Source: a virus (taxonomy: Duplodnaviria; Heunggongvirae; Uroviricota; Caudoviricetes). Taken from it: 25,833 bases of DNA. The position numbers and the translations under genes are program-made. How positions within the stretch are numbered: the first letter of the stretch is position 1; each line of letters begins with the position of its first letter. Location of the stretch: the IMG/VR virus record IMGVR_UViG_2563366846_000009; one strand, given 5' to 3'. Of the stretch, positions 9,756-17,086 are shown one piece after another. Under the pieces are notes generated by a model that worked only from the letters and a program-made list of their open reading frames with translations, did not search any database and had not been told where the DNA came from.

Positions 9756-11507
9756 ATGATTCAGGACGCTTTTGTGCGCCAGCGTGCGCGACAACTTTAC
9801 TGGCAGGGGTATCCGCCCGCAGAAATATCACGTCTGATGGGAATAAACCCGAACACGATTTATGCGTGGAAAAAACGGGACCAGTGGGATGAAACGCCAC
9901 CCGTGCAGCGTGTCACGCAGTCCATCGATGCGCGCCTCATCCAGCTTACTGAAAAACAGAATAAAACAGGCGGTGACTTCAAGGAAATAGACCTGCTGAC
10001 CCGGCAGCTTAAAAAGCTGCATGATGGCCAGCCGGATGCGACGGCCGCAGGAAAGAAAGGCCGGGCGAAAAAACTCAAAAATCATTTCACGCCGGAACAG
10101 ATTGCCGCACTGCGGGAAAAAATCATCAGCAGGCTGGAGTGGCATCAGCGGGGGTGGTTTGACTCCCTGACCCTTTGCAGGGAAGCCGGGATACGTAACA
10201 GGATGATCCTGAAATCCCGACAGATTGGGGCGACCTGGTATTTTGCACAGGAAGCACTGTTGATGGCGCTGCGTGACGATGTGGCGCAACCTTACCAGCG
10301 TAACCAGATTTTTTTGTCTGCGTCGCGTCGTCAGGCGTTCCAGTTTAAAAACATTATTCAGAAGGCCGCAGCTGAAGTCGATGTGGAGCTGAAAGGGGGC
10401 GATAAAATCATCCTCTCCAACGGCGCAGAGCTGCATTTTCTCGGCACTTCTGCGGCGACGGCACAGTCCTACACGGGCAATTTCTATTTTGATGAATTTT
10501 TCTGGGTCAGTCGCTTTGCTGAACTGCGCAAGGTGGCTGGCGCTATGGCAACCCTCAGCGGACTGCGGCGCACCTACTTCTCCACGCCATCCACCGAAAC
10601 GCATGAGGCATACGTTTACTGGAACGGCGACCGCTGGAACGAGAAAAAGGCCGCGCATAAACGCCAGCGTTTTTCTGTGGACTGGAAAACGCTGCATAAC
10701 GGGCTTATCTGCCCTGACCGGACGTGGCGGCAAATTGTCACGCTGGAAGATGTGGTTAATCACGGCTGGAAACACACCGATATCGACGAAATTCGTGATG
10801 AAAACACCGAAGACGAGTTCCTCAATCTCTATATGTGTGAGTTTGTCCGCGAAGGGGAATCGGCATTTAACCTGAATATCCTGATTGGCTGCGGTGTTGA
10901 CGGATACGACGACTGGAAAGACTGGAAACCTTTTGCTCCCCGCCCGATGGGGAATCGTCCGGTATGGATTGGATATGACGCAAACGGCAGCAGTGGCAAC
11001 GGCGACAGTGGCGCTGTATCCGTGGTGGTTCCTCCGGCTGTTCCTGGTGGCCGTTTTCGAACGGTGGAGACGCGACGCGTTCAGGGGCTGGAGTTTGAAG
11101 AACAGGCCAGAGTCATTGAAGAGTTCACGTATCGCTACAACGTGGAACACATCGGCATTGATGCGACGGGCGGGCACGGGGATGCCGTTTATCAGATAGT
11201 GAAAAGGTTTTTTCCCGCTGCCATCCCGTACACCTTCACGCTGTCATCAAAACGGTCGCTGGTACTGAAAATGCTGCAAATAATGCGCGCCGGGCGGTGG
11301 GAATACGATCGCGCCGAACGCGAGCTGGTCGCAGCCTTTAACGCTGTGCGTAAGGTGAAAACACCAGGCGGTTTTATCACTTACGAAACGGACCGCGCGA
11401 GGGGGATCAGCCACGGCGACCTTGCGTGGGCAACCATGCTTGCTGTCATTAACGAACCGATTGGCGGCGAAGGAGAAAACGAGCGTTTCACGGTTATGGA
11501 GTTCTGA
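9756..11507 (+). CDS. P: Terminase ATPase (large) subunit P
   Basis: 583-aa ORF with N-terminus MIQDAFVRQRARQLYWQGYPPAEISRLMGINPNTIYAWKKRD, size and position of P2 gpP. Confidence 0.9.
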   Translation: MIQDAFVRQRARQLYWQGYPPAEISRLMGINPNTIYAWKKRDQWDETPPVQRVTQSIDARLIQLTEKQNKTGGDFKEIDLLTRQLKKLHDGQPDATAAGKKGRAKKLKNHFTPEQIAALREKIISRLEWHQRGWFDSLTLCREAGIRNRMILKSRQIGATWYFAQEALLMALRDDVAQPYQRNQIFLSASRRQAFQFKNIIQKAAAEVDVELKGGDKIILSNGAELHFLGTSAATAQSYTGNFYFDEFFWVSRFAELRKVAGAMATLSGLRRTYFSTPSTETHEAYVYWNGDRWNEKKAAHKRQRFSVDWKTLHNGLICPDRTWRQIVTLEDVVNHGWKHTDIDEIRDENTEDEFLNLYMCEFVREGESAFNLNILIGCGVDGYDDWKDWKPFAPRPMGNRPVWIGYDANGSSGNGDSGAVSVVVPPAVPGGRFRTVETRRVQGLEFEEQARVIEEFTYRYNVEHIGIDATGGHGDAVYQIVKRFFPAAIPYTFTLSSKRSLVLKMLQIMRAGRWEYDRAERELVAAFNAVRKVKTPGGFITYETDRARGISHGDLAWATMLAVINEPIGGEGENERFTVMEF

Positions 11508-12553
11508 TGAGCAGAAAAAATAAAAAAGTGCGCATGAGTTCACGCATTGATCTCGCTGATGTGCTCAGGAAAGAATCGTCGCTCAGTGCATTCACATTTG
11601 ATGGTCCTTACCGCCTGACCGGGCATGATTTGCTGGACAATATGTACTGTGCTGATAACGGTCGGTGGTATGAAACCCCGGTGGACTGGTACGGTCTGGC
11701 AAGAGCAGCCCGGCAAACGTCCTGGCATCAGTCTGCGCTTTACTTTAAGCGTAATGTATTGCTCGGTTGCTATATTCCGCACCCGCTGCTTTCCCGGCAG
11801 GATTTCTCGGCGCTGGCGCTGGACTGGTTTGTGTTCGGTAACGCATTCCTTGAGCTTCGAAGCAATATGCTCGGCGAACCACTTAAATTACGGCACGCCC
11901 TGGCGAAATACATGCGACGCGGAAGCGATCTTGAATCATGGTGGTATGTGCAGGATGGCAAGGACGCGTTTCAGTTTCGCCCTGGCAAAGTGTGCCACCT
12001 GATGAATCCTGACATTAACCAGGAAATCTACGGCATGCCGGAATATCTCGGCGCATTACTCTCGGCCAGCCTGTCTCATTCGGCGGACATGTTCAGAAAA
12101 CTGTATTACGACAACGGCTCCCACGCCGGGTGCATCATCTACATCGGTGCAGCGCAGGTAAGCCGCGAAAGCATGGACTCCCTGAAGGAAACGCTACAGG
12201 GTGCGCGTGGTGGTGGTGCATTTAAAAACGTGCTCATTCATGCGCCCAACGGGGGCAAAGAGGGGGTGCAAATTTTGCCGTTCCAGCAGATCACCGCAAA
12301 GGATGAGTTCATGAATGTTAAGGCGGCATCCCGTGATGATGTGCTGGCTGCGCACCGCGTTCCGCCGCAACTGATGGGGGCGATGCCGGGTGAAAAAAGT
12401 GCGTTTGGTGATGTGGAGAAGGCCGCGCGGGTTTACGCAATTAACGAGCTGATGCCCGTCATGGAGGCCATGAAGCACATCAATGACTGGCTTGGCGAAG
12501 AGGTGATCCGTTTTAACTCTTATGCACTTCTTGATGAAAAAACAGCCCCGTGA
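11507..12553 (+). CDS. Q: Portal protein Q
   Basis: 348-aa ORF overlapping the P stop by one base, size and position of P2 gpQ. Confidence 0.9.
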   Translation: MSRKNKKVRMSSRIDLADVLRKESSLSAFTFDGPYRLTGHDLLDNMYCADNGRWYETPVDWYGLARAARQTSWHQSALYFKRNVLLGCYIPHPLLSRQDFSALALDWFVFGNAFLELRSNMLGEPLKLRHALAKYMRRGSDLESWWYVQDGKDAFQFRPGKVCHLMNPDINQEIYGMPEYLGALLSASLSHSADMFRKLYYDNGSHAGCIIYIGAAQVSRESMDSLKETLQGARGGGAFKNVLIHAPNGGKEGVQILPFQQITAKDEFMNVKAASRDDVLAAHRVPPQLMGAMPGEKSAFGDVEKAARVYAINELMPVMEAMKHINDWLGEEVIRFNSYALLDEKTAP

Positions 12554-12570
12554 TGGGGCTGTCCTTTTTA
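12540..12570. terminator. Bidirectional intrinsic terminator between convergent Q and the 174-aa gene
   Basis: Hairpin cagccccgtgatggggctg flanked by an A-run upstream and tccttttta downstream, so it reads as stem plus U-tract on both strands. The Q stop codon sits in the loop. Confidence 0.6.
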
Positions 12571-13092
12571 CCAGAGTTGAACCATTTTCTGGGTGCCGTC
12601 AGGCTTGAGATTATCAATTTCAGAGAGAACGTAATATTGAATGGCTTCACAAACGGTGGTGTATGGTGAATTACCTTCTTTAAGTGGCACGATATTATTA
12701 TTAACGCGAACCTGTATTTCATCGTTATACATTGCGATCGAAAGAGGAGTATGTACGAACGCGACTTCGCCAGGTGTGTCGTCAACCACTGTCTCAATGC
12801 TAAAAGTCAGTTTTCGCTCATCATTGCTGCCTCTTGCTTTGGGGGTTGCGGCAGGAATCTGGGATAAAGGCATTCTGCGAAATCCTTCGGCCGTTTCCAG
12901 TCCGCATGAAACGTAATGCTGGCGATTACCGTCGATATCTGTCCACGCTTGTGACGGCAGATCCAGCGAGATTTCATAAGCATCAACAATTCCCTGGGCA
13001 AGGCGTACAAGCGGGGTCAGGTCTTCATTGCGGCGAAAGCTCTCCTTTACCTGCTCTCGTTTTTCTCTTAACTGCTTGTAATTAATGACCAT
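12568..13092 (-). CDS. Hypothetical 174-aa protein, low-GC cargo gene next to the portal
   Basis: ORF with ATG at 13092 preceded by GGAGG at 8-nt spacing; the track extends it to a GTG at 13131. No recognisable motif. Markedly AT-richer than flanking phage genes. Confidence 0.55.
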   Translation of the reverse strand: MVINYKQLREKREQVKESFRRNEDLTPLVRLAQGIVDAYEISLDLPSQAWTDIDGNRQHYVSCGLETAEGFRRMPLSQIPAATPKARGSNDERKLTFSIETVVDDTPGEVAFVHTPLSIAMYNDEIQVRVNNNIVPLKEGNSPYTTVCEAIQYYVLSEIDNLKPDGTQKMVQLW

Positions 13093-13193
13093 AAGACAGC
13101 CTCCATTGATTTCTTTGCTCGTATTTTGCACTTATGAAGTGTGGTCGGCAAGGTGTCGCATCACTGACGCGCTTCGCTTGTCTGCTGCTTCGC

Positions 13194-13216
13194 CGGGGCA
13201 TAAAAAATTTATGCCC
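13194..13216. other. Perfect 10-bp-stem hairpin upstream of the 174-aa gene
   Basis: ggggcataaa aaa tttatgcccc, about 100 bp upstream of the start at 13092. No adjacent T-run on either strand. Confidence 0.4.
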
Positions 13217-13504
13217 CGACTCTCCAGCTCCTGTATCAATCAGATAATTTCACAACGCCTTCCAGCTTATCGCCATCATCGACGGCCAGGCTCTTACGCA
13301 ATCCCACCGCGCTGACTGCATGTTCTCGCCGCCTCAGTGCGATTTTGACGGCCTTATCTGTCACCCCATCAAATCAAAAGCCCTCACGTCTTTTTCACGC
13401 TCAGCGTGAGAAAGACAGCCATTCTGTTGTGTCGCTGCGACATCGTTCAGGGAATGCTATTTACCCCCTGAAACGCGGGCTGTTCCCCCGTCACCTGCGC
13501 GCAG

Positions 13505-13624
13505 AAAAAACGCGTTTTTTTGTGCATGCACGGATCCTTGACGGATCCAGCCGCCATGCGGGCCGGAAGGGTAAAAAGTCGTTCAAAAAAATTGTGCAAA
13601 TTTGTGCACTATTGTGCATTGAAA
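13505..13624. promoter_or_regulatory. Cluster of palindromes and 10-bp-phased TTGTGCA direct repeats in a 520-bp non-coding region
   Basis: Palindrome aaaaaacgcgtttttt (13505..13520), palindrome gtgcatgcac (13522..13531), ggatcc-N4-ggatcc (13532..13547), then TTGTGCA at 13593, 13603 and 13613. Confidence 0.45.
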
Positions 13625-13650
13625 TAAACGCCCTGGAGGAGGGCGTTTTA
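13624..13650 (-). terminator. Intrinsic terminator downstream of the 135-aa gene
   Basis: Stem aacgccct / agggcgtt with loop ggagg directly after the stop at 13652; minus strand continues tttatttc. Confidence 0.55.
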
Positions 13651-13651
13651 C

Positions 13652-14059
13652 TTATCTTTTATAGCCTTGCCCCTTCCTGGCCAGCGCCCTGATGGCCGGG
13701 CGTGCCAACACCATATTTTGGCAATGATGAATTGCCCGGCAAAATTCATCTCTACCCATTGGATGCTCAACTGGCAACGTTAAATACAGGTTCCATGCGT
13801 CGCCTAAAAGTTGGGCTATCTTTTGTTCTTCAGATGTCAGCAAGCAAGCGGTATCCGTAAAATAATCATACTTTTCATGTATGTTATTTAACGGTTTTGT
13901 CTGTAGTGCAGCCTGAGCTATACGGTATGCCTGAAGCATACTGGCGTCGTTGATATCCATTCCGAACGGAATTTCTGATGATTGTGACTCTGCATCTTCA
14001 AGCCTGGCAATTTCTTTACGTAAGAAGTATTTCAACTCTTGTTTCTGTTTTCTGTTCAT
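13652..14059 (-). CDS. Hypothetical 135-aa protein, translationally coupled to the ClpX-zinc-finger gene
   Basis: ATG overlaps the upstream stop (ATGA at 14056..14059). Low GC. No recognisable motif. Confidence 0.6.
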   Translation of the reverse strand: MNRKQKQELKYFLRKEIARLEDAESQSSEIPFGMDINDASMLQAYRIAQAALQTKPLNNIHEKYDYFTDTACLLTSEEQKIAQLLGDAWNLYLTLPVEHPMGRDEFCRAIHHCQNMVLARPAIRALARKGQGYKR

Positions 14060-14388
14060 GCGTTTTTTTCCTTTTTGTCTGTCACTTCTTTCCTGATAAT
14101 TTCATTGCACAAATCCACGCACTCATTGCAGATGTAAACAGACGGTCCGGCAATCACCTTTGTGACTTCGTACTGGGATTTATTGCAGAAACTGCAATAA
14201 ACCGTCTTCTCGCCTGAAGTCCATGTTTTGCTGGTTTCGCCAGACATCAGTTGTTTGAGGTCTTTTTCACGACGAAGAACTATCTGGCCACATTCAGCTA
14301 TTTTTTGGATGTTGACATTTTCTTCTTTCGCCAGCGCTTCCATCCGCTCAATCAGTCGCTGCGCTTTTTCTCTGTCAATGTGTTGCAT
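14056..14388 (-). CDS. Small protein with C-terminal ClpX-type C4 zinc-binding domain
   Basis: Residues [38 protein letters not shown] are near-identical to the ClpX N-terminal zinc-binding domain, with all four Cys conserved. No AAA+ module follows; the first about 55 aa are unrelated. Confidence 0.85.
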   Translation of the reverse strand: MQHIDREKAQRLIERMEALAKEENVNIQKIAECGQIVLRREKDLKQLMSGETSKTWTSGEKTVYCSFCNKSQYEVTKVIAGPSVYICNECVDLCNEIIRKEVTDKKEKNA

Positions 14389-14653
14389 TGTGTCCCCCTT
14401 GTTTATGTTCCCGGGTTAAAGTCATCAGGGCGGATGCGCCCTGATGTTGTGTTATTCGGGAAATAACGCCCGGATATTTCCGGCCATCTGACTGGTTATC
14501 TGTGCGGTTGGTACTGGCTGTGACACGGGGCGTTCTGTCCTACAATCAACCTCAGAGCATGGGCTATCCGGGATGGCCTCATACCACGCCAGCGTCGACT
14601 GATAGTTTTGTGCTGCCTCACGCAGTGCCTGGTAATTAATTTCGCTCACTGGT
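14389..14653. repeat. Copy B of a duplicated module (block P 14389..14541 plus block G 14542..14653)
   Basis: Block P is about 93 percent identical to 15601..15756 (3' end of parR, intergenic hairpin, RBS and ATG of the next gene). Block G is about 90 percent identical to 15493..15603 (5' end of the 213-aa gene). Block order is swapped relative to copy A. Confidence 0.75.
14452..14649 (-). CDS. Small chimeric ORF (65 aa from a GTG start): conserved SEINYQALREAAQNYQSTLAWYEAI motif fused to a ParR-like C-terminal tail
   Basis: GTG at 14649 is preceded by GGAGG at 6-nt spacing. The N-terminal 25 aa match the 213-aa protein exactly despite six synonymous DNA changes. The C-terminal 27 aa (ERPVSQPVPTAQITSQMAGNIRALFPE) match the ParR-like protein tail. 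The track calls a longer 98-aa version from 14748. Confidence 0.4.
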   Translation of the reverse strand: MSEINYQALREAAQNYQSTLAWYEAIPDSPCSEVDCRTERPVSQPVPTAQITSQMAGNIRALFPE

Positions 14654-14965
14654 TGCCTCCTGTTTGAATCTGCGCACGGAAAGAATTGGGCATTTTGTAA
14701 TCCCGCCCTCTTTCTCCCATCGGAGGAGCGGGAATCGATATGCTTCAAAATTAAGCCCCGCAGAGCGATCGCTTTGGAAGCATTTCTTACCTACCACCCA
14801 AACGTTTTCGAATCGACGCTCAATGCGAACTGCCGTCCTCCATCCGAATGGCGCGCCTGCATTTACGGCTGCATTTTTTGTCGGAAAAGTTGGCACGGAT
14901 GACACAATTTCATCAACACGCACGCTTAGGTGGCAATCGTCGACATAACTAATTGAAGCTCTCAT
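14636..14965 (-). CDS. Hypothetical 109-aa protein, coupled to the 213-aa gene
   Basis: ATG at 14965 overlaps the 213-aa stop (ATGA). No recognisable motif. Confidence 0.5.
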   Translation of the reverse strand: MRASISYVDDCHLSVRVDEIVSSVPTFPTKNAAVNAGAPFGWRTAVRIERRFENVWVVGKKCFQSDRSAGLNFEAYRFPLLRWEKEGGITKCPILSVRRFKQEATSERN

Positions 14966-15603
14966 GACTGAACTCCTTTGCGAAGCTGCTCCGCACAATG
15001 CAGCAGGGCGTCCGTCGCTTCTTTCACCGTAACGATGTCGCCATCGTCCAGCCCGGCAACCGTCGCGTCCTTAACGAACACCGAGCAAAGGTCATTAAAC
15101 GCCTGCGCTCGTACTTCAGCCAGAAAAGCATTGGTGGCTGGGGTTTCCGGCAATAATCCGCCAACCAGTTCTATTTCTGTTCTGAACCGGGAACTAGACA
15201 CAACGCGATAAGTCAGGTTCGGCATTCTGGCTGCCACTTGCATCTCAAACTCCTCTCCAGATTCCAGCCCGGCTTCATGGGCGTAATCAAGCGGGCTTCT
15301 GACAGGCTCTGAAGCTTCGCCGCCCCAGTAAATCAGGTTCGACTTCAGCCCTGCATTCTCCGCAGCCAGCACCGCAAGATTAGCCTCCAGCTCTGCAATA
15401 CGCTTGTTTTGGGCTTCCCGCTCATCCAGCAGCTCGGCGATAATGTCCATTTCCTGATGACGGATTTGACGCTTAAACGCCGCCACTGCTTCGCTACAAT
15501 CCTGCTCAGCATTTGGGTTATCCGTGATGGCCTCATACCACGCCAGCGTCGATTGATAGTTTTGTGCCGCCTCACGTAATGCCTGATAGTTGATTTCGCT
15601 CAT
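14962..15603 (-). CDS. Hypothetical 213-aa protein with conserved N-terminal motif and central coiled-coil-like region
   Basis: ATG preceded by AAGGAG. Heptad-like stretch REAQNKRIAELEANLAVLAAENAGLKSNL and an acidic C-terminal half. Possible resemblance to Ead/Ea22-like prophage proteins is unverified. Confidence 0.65.
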   Translation of the reverse strand: MSEINYQALREAAQNYQSTLAWYEAITDNPNAEQDCSEAVAAFKRQIRHQEMDIIAELLDEREAQNKRIAELEANLAVLAAENAGLKSNLIYWGGEASEPVRSPLDYAHEAGLESGEEFEMQVAARMPNLTYRVVSSSRFRTEIELVGGLLPETPATNAFLAEVRAQAFNDLCSVFVKDATVAGLDDGDIVTVKEATDALLHCAEQLRKGVQS

Positions 15604-15756
15604 TATGTCGTTCTCCTTGTTTATGCTCTGAGGTGGAGATCAGGACGAACTCGCCCTGACGTTGTGTTATTCAGGAAATAACGCCCGGATATTTTCAGCC
15701 ATCTGACTGGTTATCTGTGCGGTTGGTGCTGGCTGTGACACGGGGCGTTCCGTCCT
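15493..15756. repeat. Copy A of the duplicated module (block G 15493..15603, block P 15601..15756)
   Basis: Counterpart of 14389..14653; includes the imperfect hairpin caggacgaactcgccctg just after the parR stop. Confidence 0.75.
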
Positions 15757-15978
15757 GTTTTGTGTCACTGATAACGCCTCATCGTCAGCCCATGCAGCCA
15801 GTCGGTAAGCCTCTGCCGGATTCATTTTCAGAAGTGCCAGCCCGGCCATAAAAGCCACGCGTTGACCGCTTTTGTGGGCTTCTGGTGTAAGGCTGTCCAG
15901 CCAGGCGCATGCTTCGCCTTCGTTCTTGACGGCGGCGGGCTTCAGATAGAAACTTATCCTCCTGGTTGATGTCGCCAT
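15667..15978 (-). CDS. parR: ParR-like partition adaptor
   Basis: ATG at 15978 sits 4 nt after the parM stop with AAGGAG upstream. The 103-aa product aligns by eye with plasmid R1 ParR (ISFYLKP..., AGLAL..., C-terminal NIRALFPE versus ILRSLFPKE). The track shows a longer ORF from 16113. Confidence 0.7.
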   Translation of the reverse strand: MATSTRRISFYLKPAAVKNEGEACAWLDSLTPEAHKSGQRVAFMAGLALLKMNPAEAYRLAAWADDEALSVTQNRTERPVSQPAPTAQITSQMAENIRALFPE

Positions 15979-15982
15979 TGAT

Positions 15983-16942
15983 TTACTCCTTGTCCATTGC
16001 GTGCAGCCCATTAACCAGAGCAAACTGTGGCACCCCGTCCGCAATGAAAGTCGCATTAACTCCGCAGGCTTCGCGGATAGCGGGTGCCACAATCTCCGCT
16101 CCTCCACCGACAACCATCACCCGCCCGTAACCCGAAAAAACCGCCAGCGCGCGGATCACGCGTTGCTTCAGTGTTTCTTCCTTTTCACGAATAACCGCCA
16201 TCAGGCTGGCGTAATGCGCGTCATTGTGGATGTGCTGGCGCAGCCAGGCTTCATCATGGCGATGTTCGATAATGGTATTGGCGATGTGGTGACTGGTGCG
16301 CATACCGTTAGTGGCCATCACCGACAGTACGGCATCGGCCATCAGAGAAACGCCTACGTGTGGATCGCAAAACACCTGGCTGATACCTGCCAGTTGCCCC
16401 TGAACCTTTGCCACATCCAGCGTGGTTCCGCCCAAATCCACAATCAGCAGGGATTCAAACGGACTCATGTCAGCCAGTGCCTTAAAGCCAGCCGGAATGG
16501 ATTCAGGCATAACCCGCACGTTACGGATAGTGAATGCTTCGCCGTTCTGGTACTTCACCGGGCGCATAACGTTCGCTTTTTTGCGGTTGATGTTGGCCAT
16601 GTCCGGCTGTGCGTTTGTGTCGAAATACTCGCTCAGTGGCAGGGTGACAACCACATCCACCTCCTGTGGCGTGATGCCTGATTTGACCAGCGCGTGATGA
16701 ATGGCAATGACATTCACATCACTGTACTGGTATTGCGTGTCGGTTGTCTGGACAAAGCGATCGCTGACCGGATCAAAACCATAGCGCACGCCATCAAGCA
16801 TGTAGTTCGCGGGCTGCGTGCCACCGAACGGCGCAGACCATTCCGACTTGAAGCTGTTCGGGCTGATAGCGTTGCGGCGTTCGCCGTTCTCAGTCCATGC
16901 CAGCTTGATGTTGGTGGAGCCGTCGTCGATACAAATTTTCAT
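15983..16942 (-). CDS. parM: ParM/StbA actin-like partition ATPase
   Basis: 319-aa protein with extensive colinear similarity to R1 ParM: IDDGSTNIKL, ISPNSFK, YSDVNV, HHAL, MPESIPAG, SLLI(V/I)DLGGTTLD, LSGIS, GVSL, GGGAE, LVNG. Confidence 0.9.
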   Translation of the reverse strand: MKICIDDGSTNIKLAWTENGERRNAISPNSFKSEWSAPFGGTQPANYMLDGVRYGFDPVSDRFVQTTDTQYQYSDVNVIAIHHALVKSGITPQEVDVVVTLPLSEYFDTNAQPDMANINRKKANVMRPVKYQNGEAFTIRNVRVMPESIPAGFKALADMSPFESLLIVDLGGTTLDVAKVQGQLAGISQVFCDPHVGVSLMADAVLSVMATNGMRTSHHIANTIIEHRHDEAWLRQHIHNDAHYASLMAVIREKEETLKQRVIRALAVFSGYGRVMVVGGGAEIVAPAIREACGVNATFIADGVPQFALVNGLHAMDKE

Positions 16943-16971
16943 GTCGCTTTTCCTTATGTTGATTAATTAAT

Positions 16972-17086
16972 CGTTTACGGGATTCTGAAATCCCGCTTTT
17001 GCCTGTTTTGTGCGCGCTTCATATATCGCGGCACGTTTTTTGCTCATTTACGGGATTTGTGAATCCCGTTTTTGTCTGTTTTTTGT
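16972..17086. repeat. Two tandem about 40-bp repeats, each a 7-bp-stem hairpin plus T-tract, between the parM start and the A stop
   Basis: R1 at 16972..17012 (cgggatt ctga aatcccg, then cttttgcctgttttgtg) and R2 at 17044..17086 (cgggatt tgtg aatcccg, then tttttgtctgttttttg). R2 lies inside the last about 22 codons of the A ORF. Confidence 0.6.

Noticed and set aside
9828-11177. 449-aa minus-strand ORF
   Set aside because: Antisense to the terminase ATPase gene P, which is unambiguous; shadow ORF in GC-rich coding DNA.
12554-13651. P2-type cos site (GGCGAGGCGGGGAAAGCAC-like 19-mer, quoted from memory)
   Set aside because: Not found by visual scan on either strand in the expected region. Either this phage has a divergent cos or my recollection is imprecise; needs an alignment.
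14452-14748. 98-aa version of the chimeric ORF starting at ATG 14748
   Set aside because: Its first 33 codons overlap the 109-aa gene in another frame and have no RBS. The internal GTG at 14649 has a perfect GGAGG and is where homology to the 213-aa protein begins.
16001-16681. 226-aa plus-strand ORF
   Set aside because: Antisense to parM, which has strong homology support.
12554-17018. Retron, CRISPR array or known P2 exclusion genes (old, tin) in the hotspot
   Set aside because: No reverse-transcriptase-sized ORF, no spacer-repeat array, and none of the proteins resembles Old (an ATPase-nuclease of about 590 aa) or Tin.
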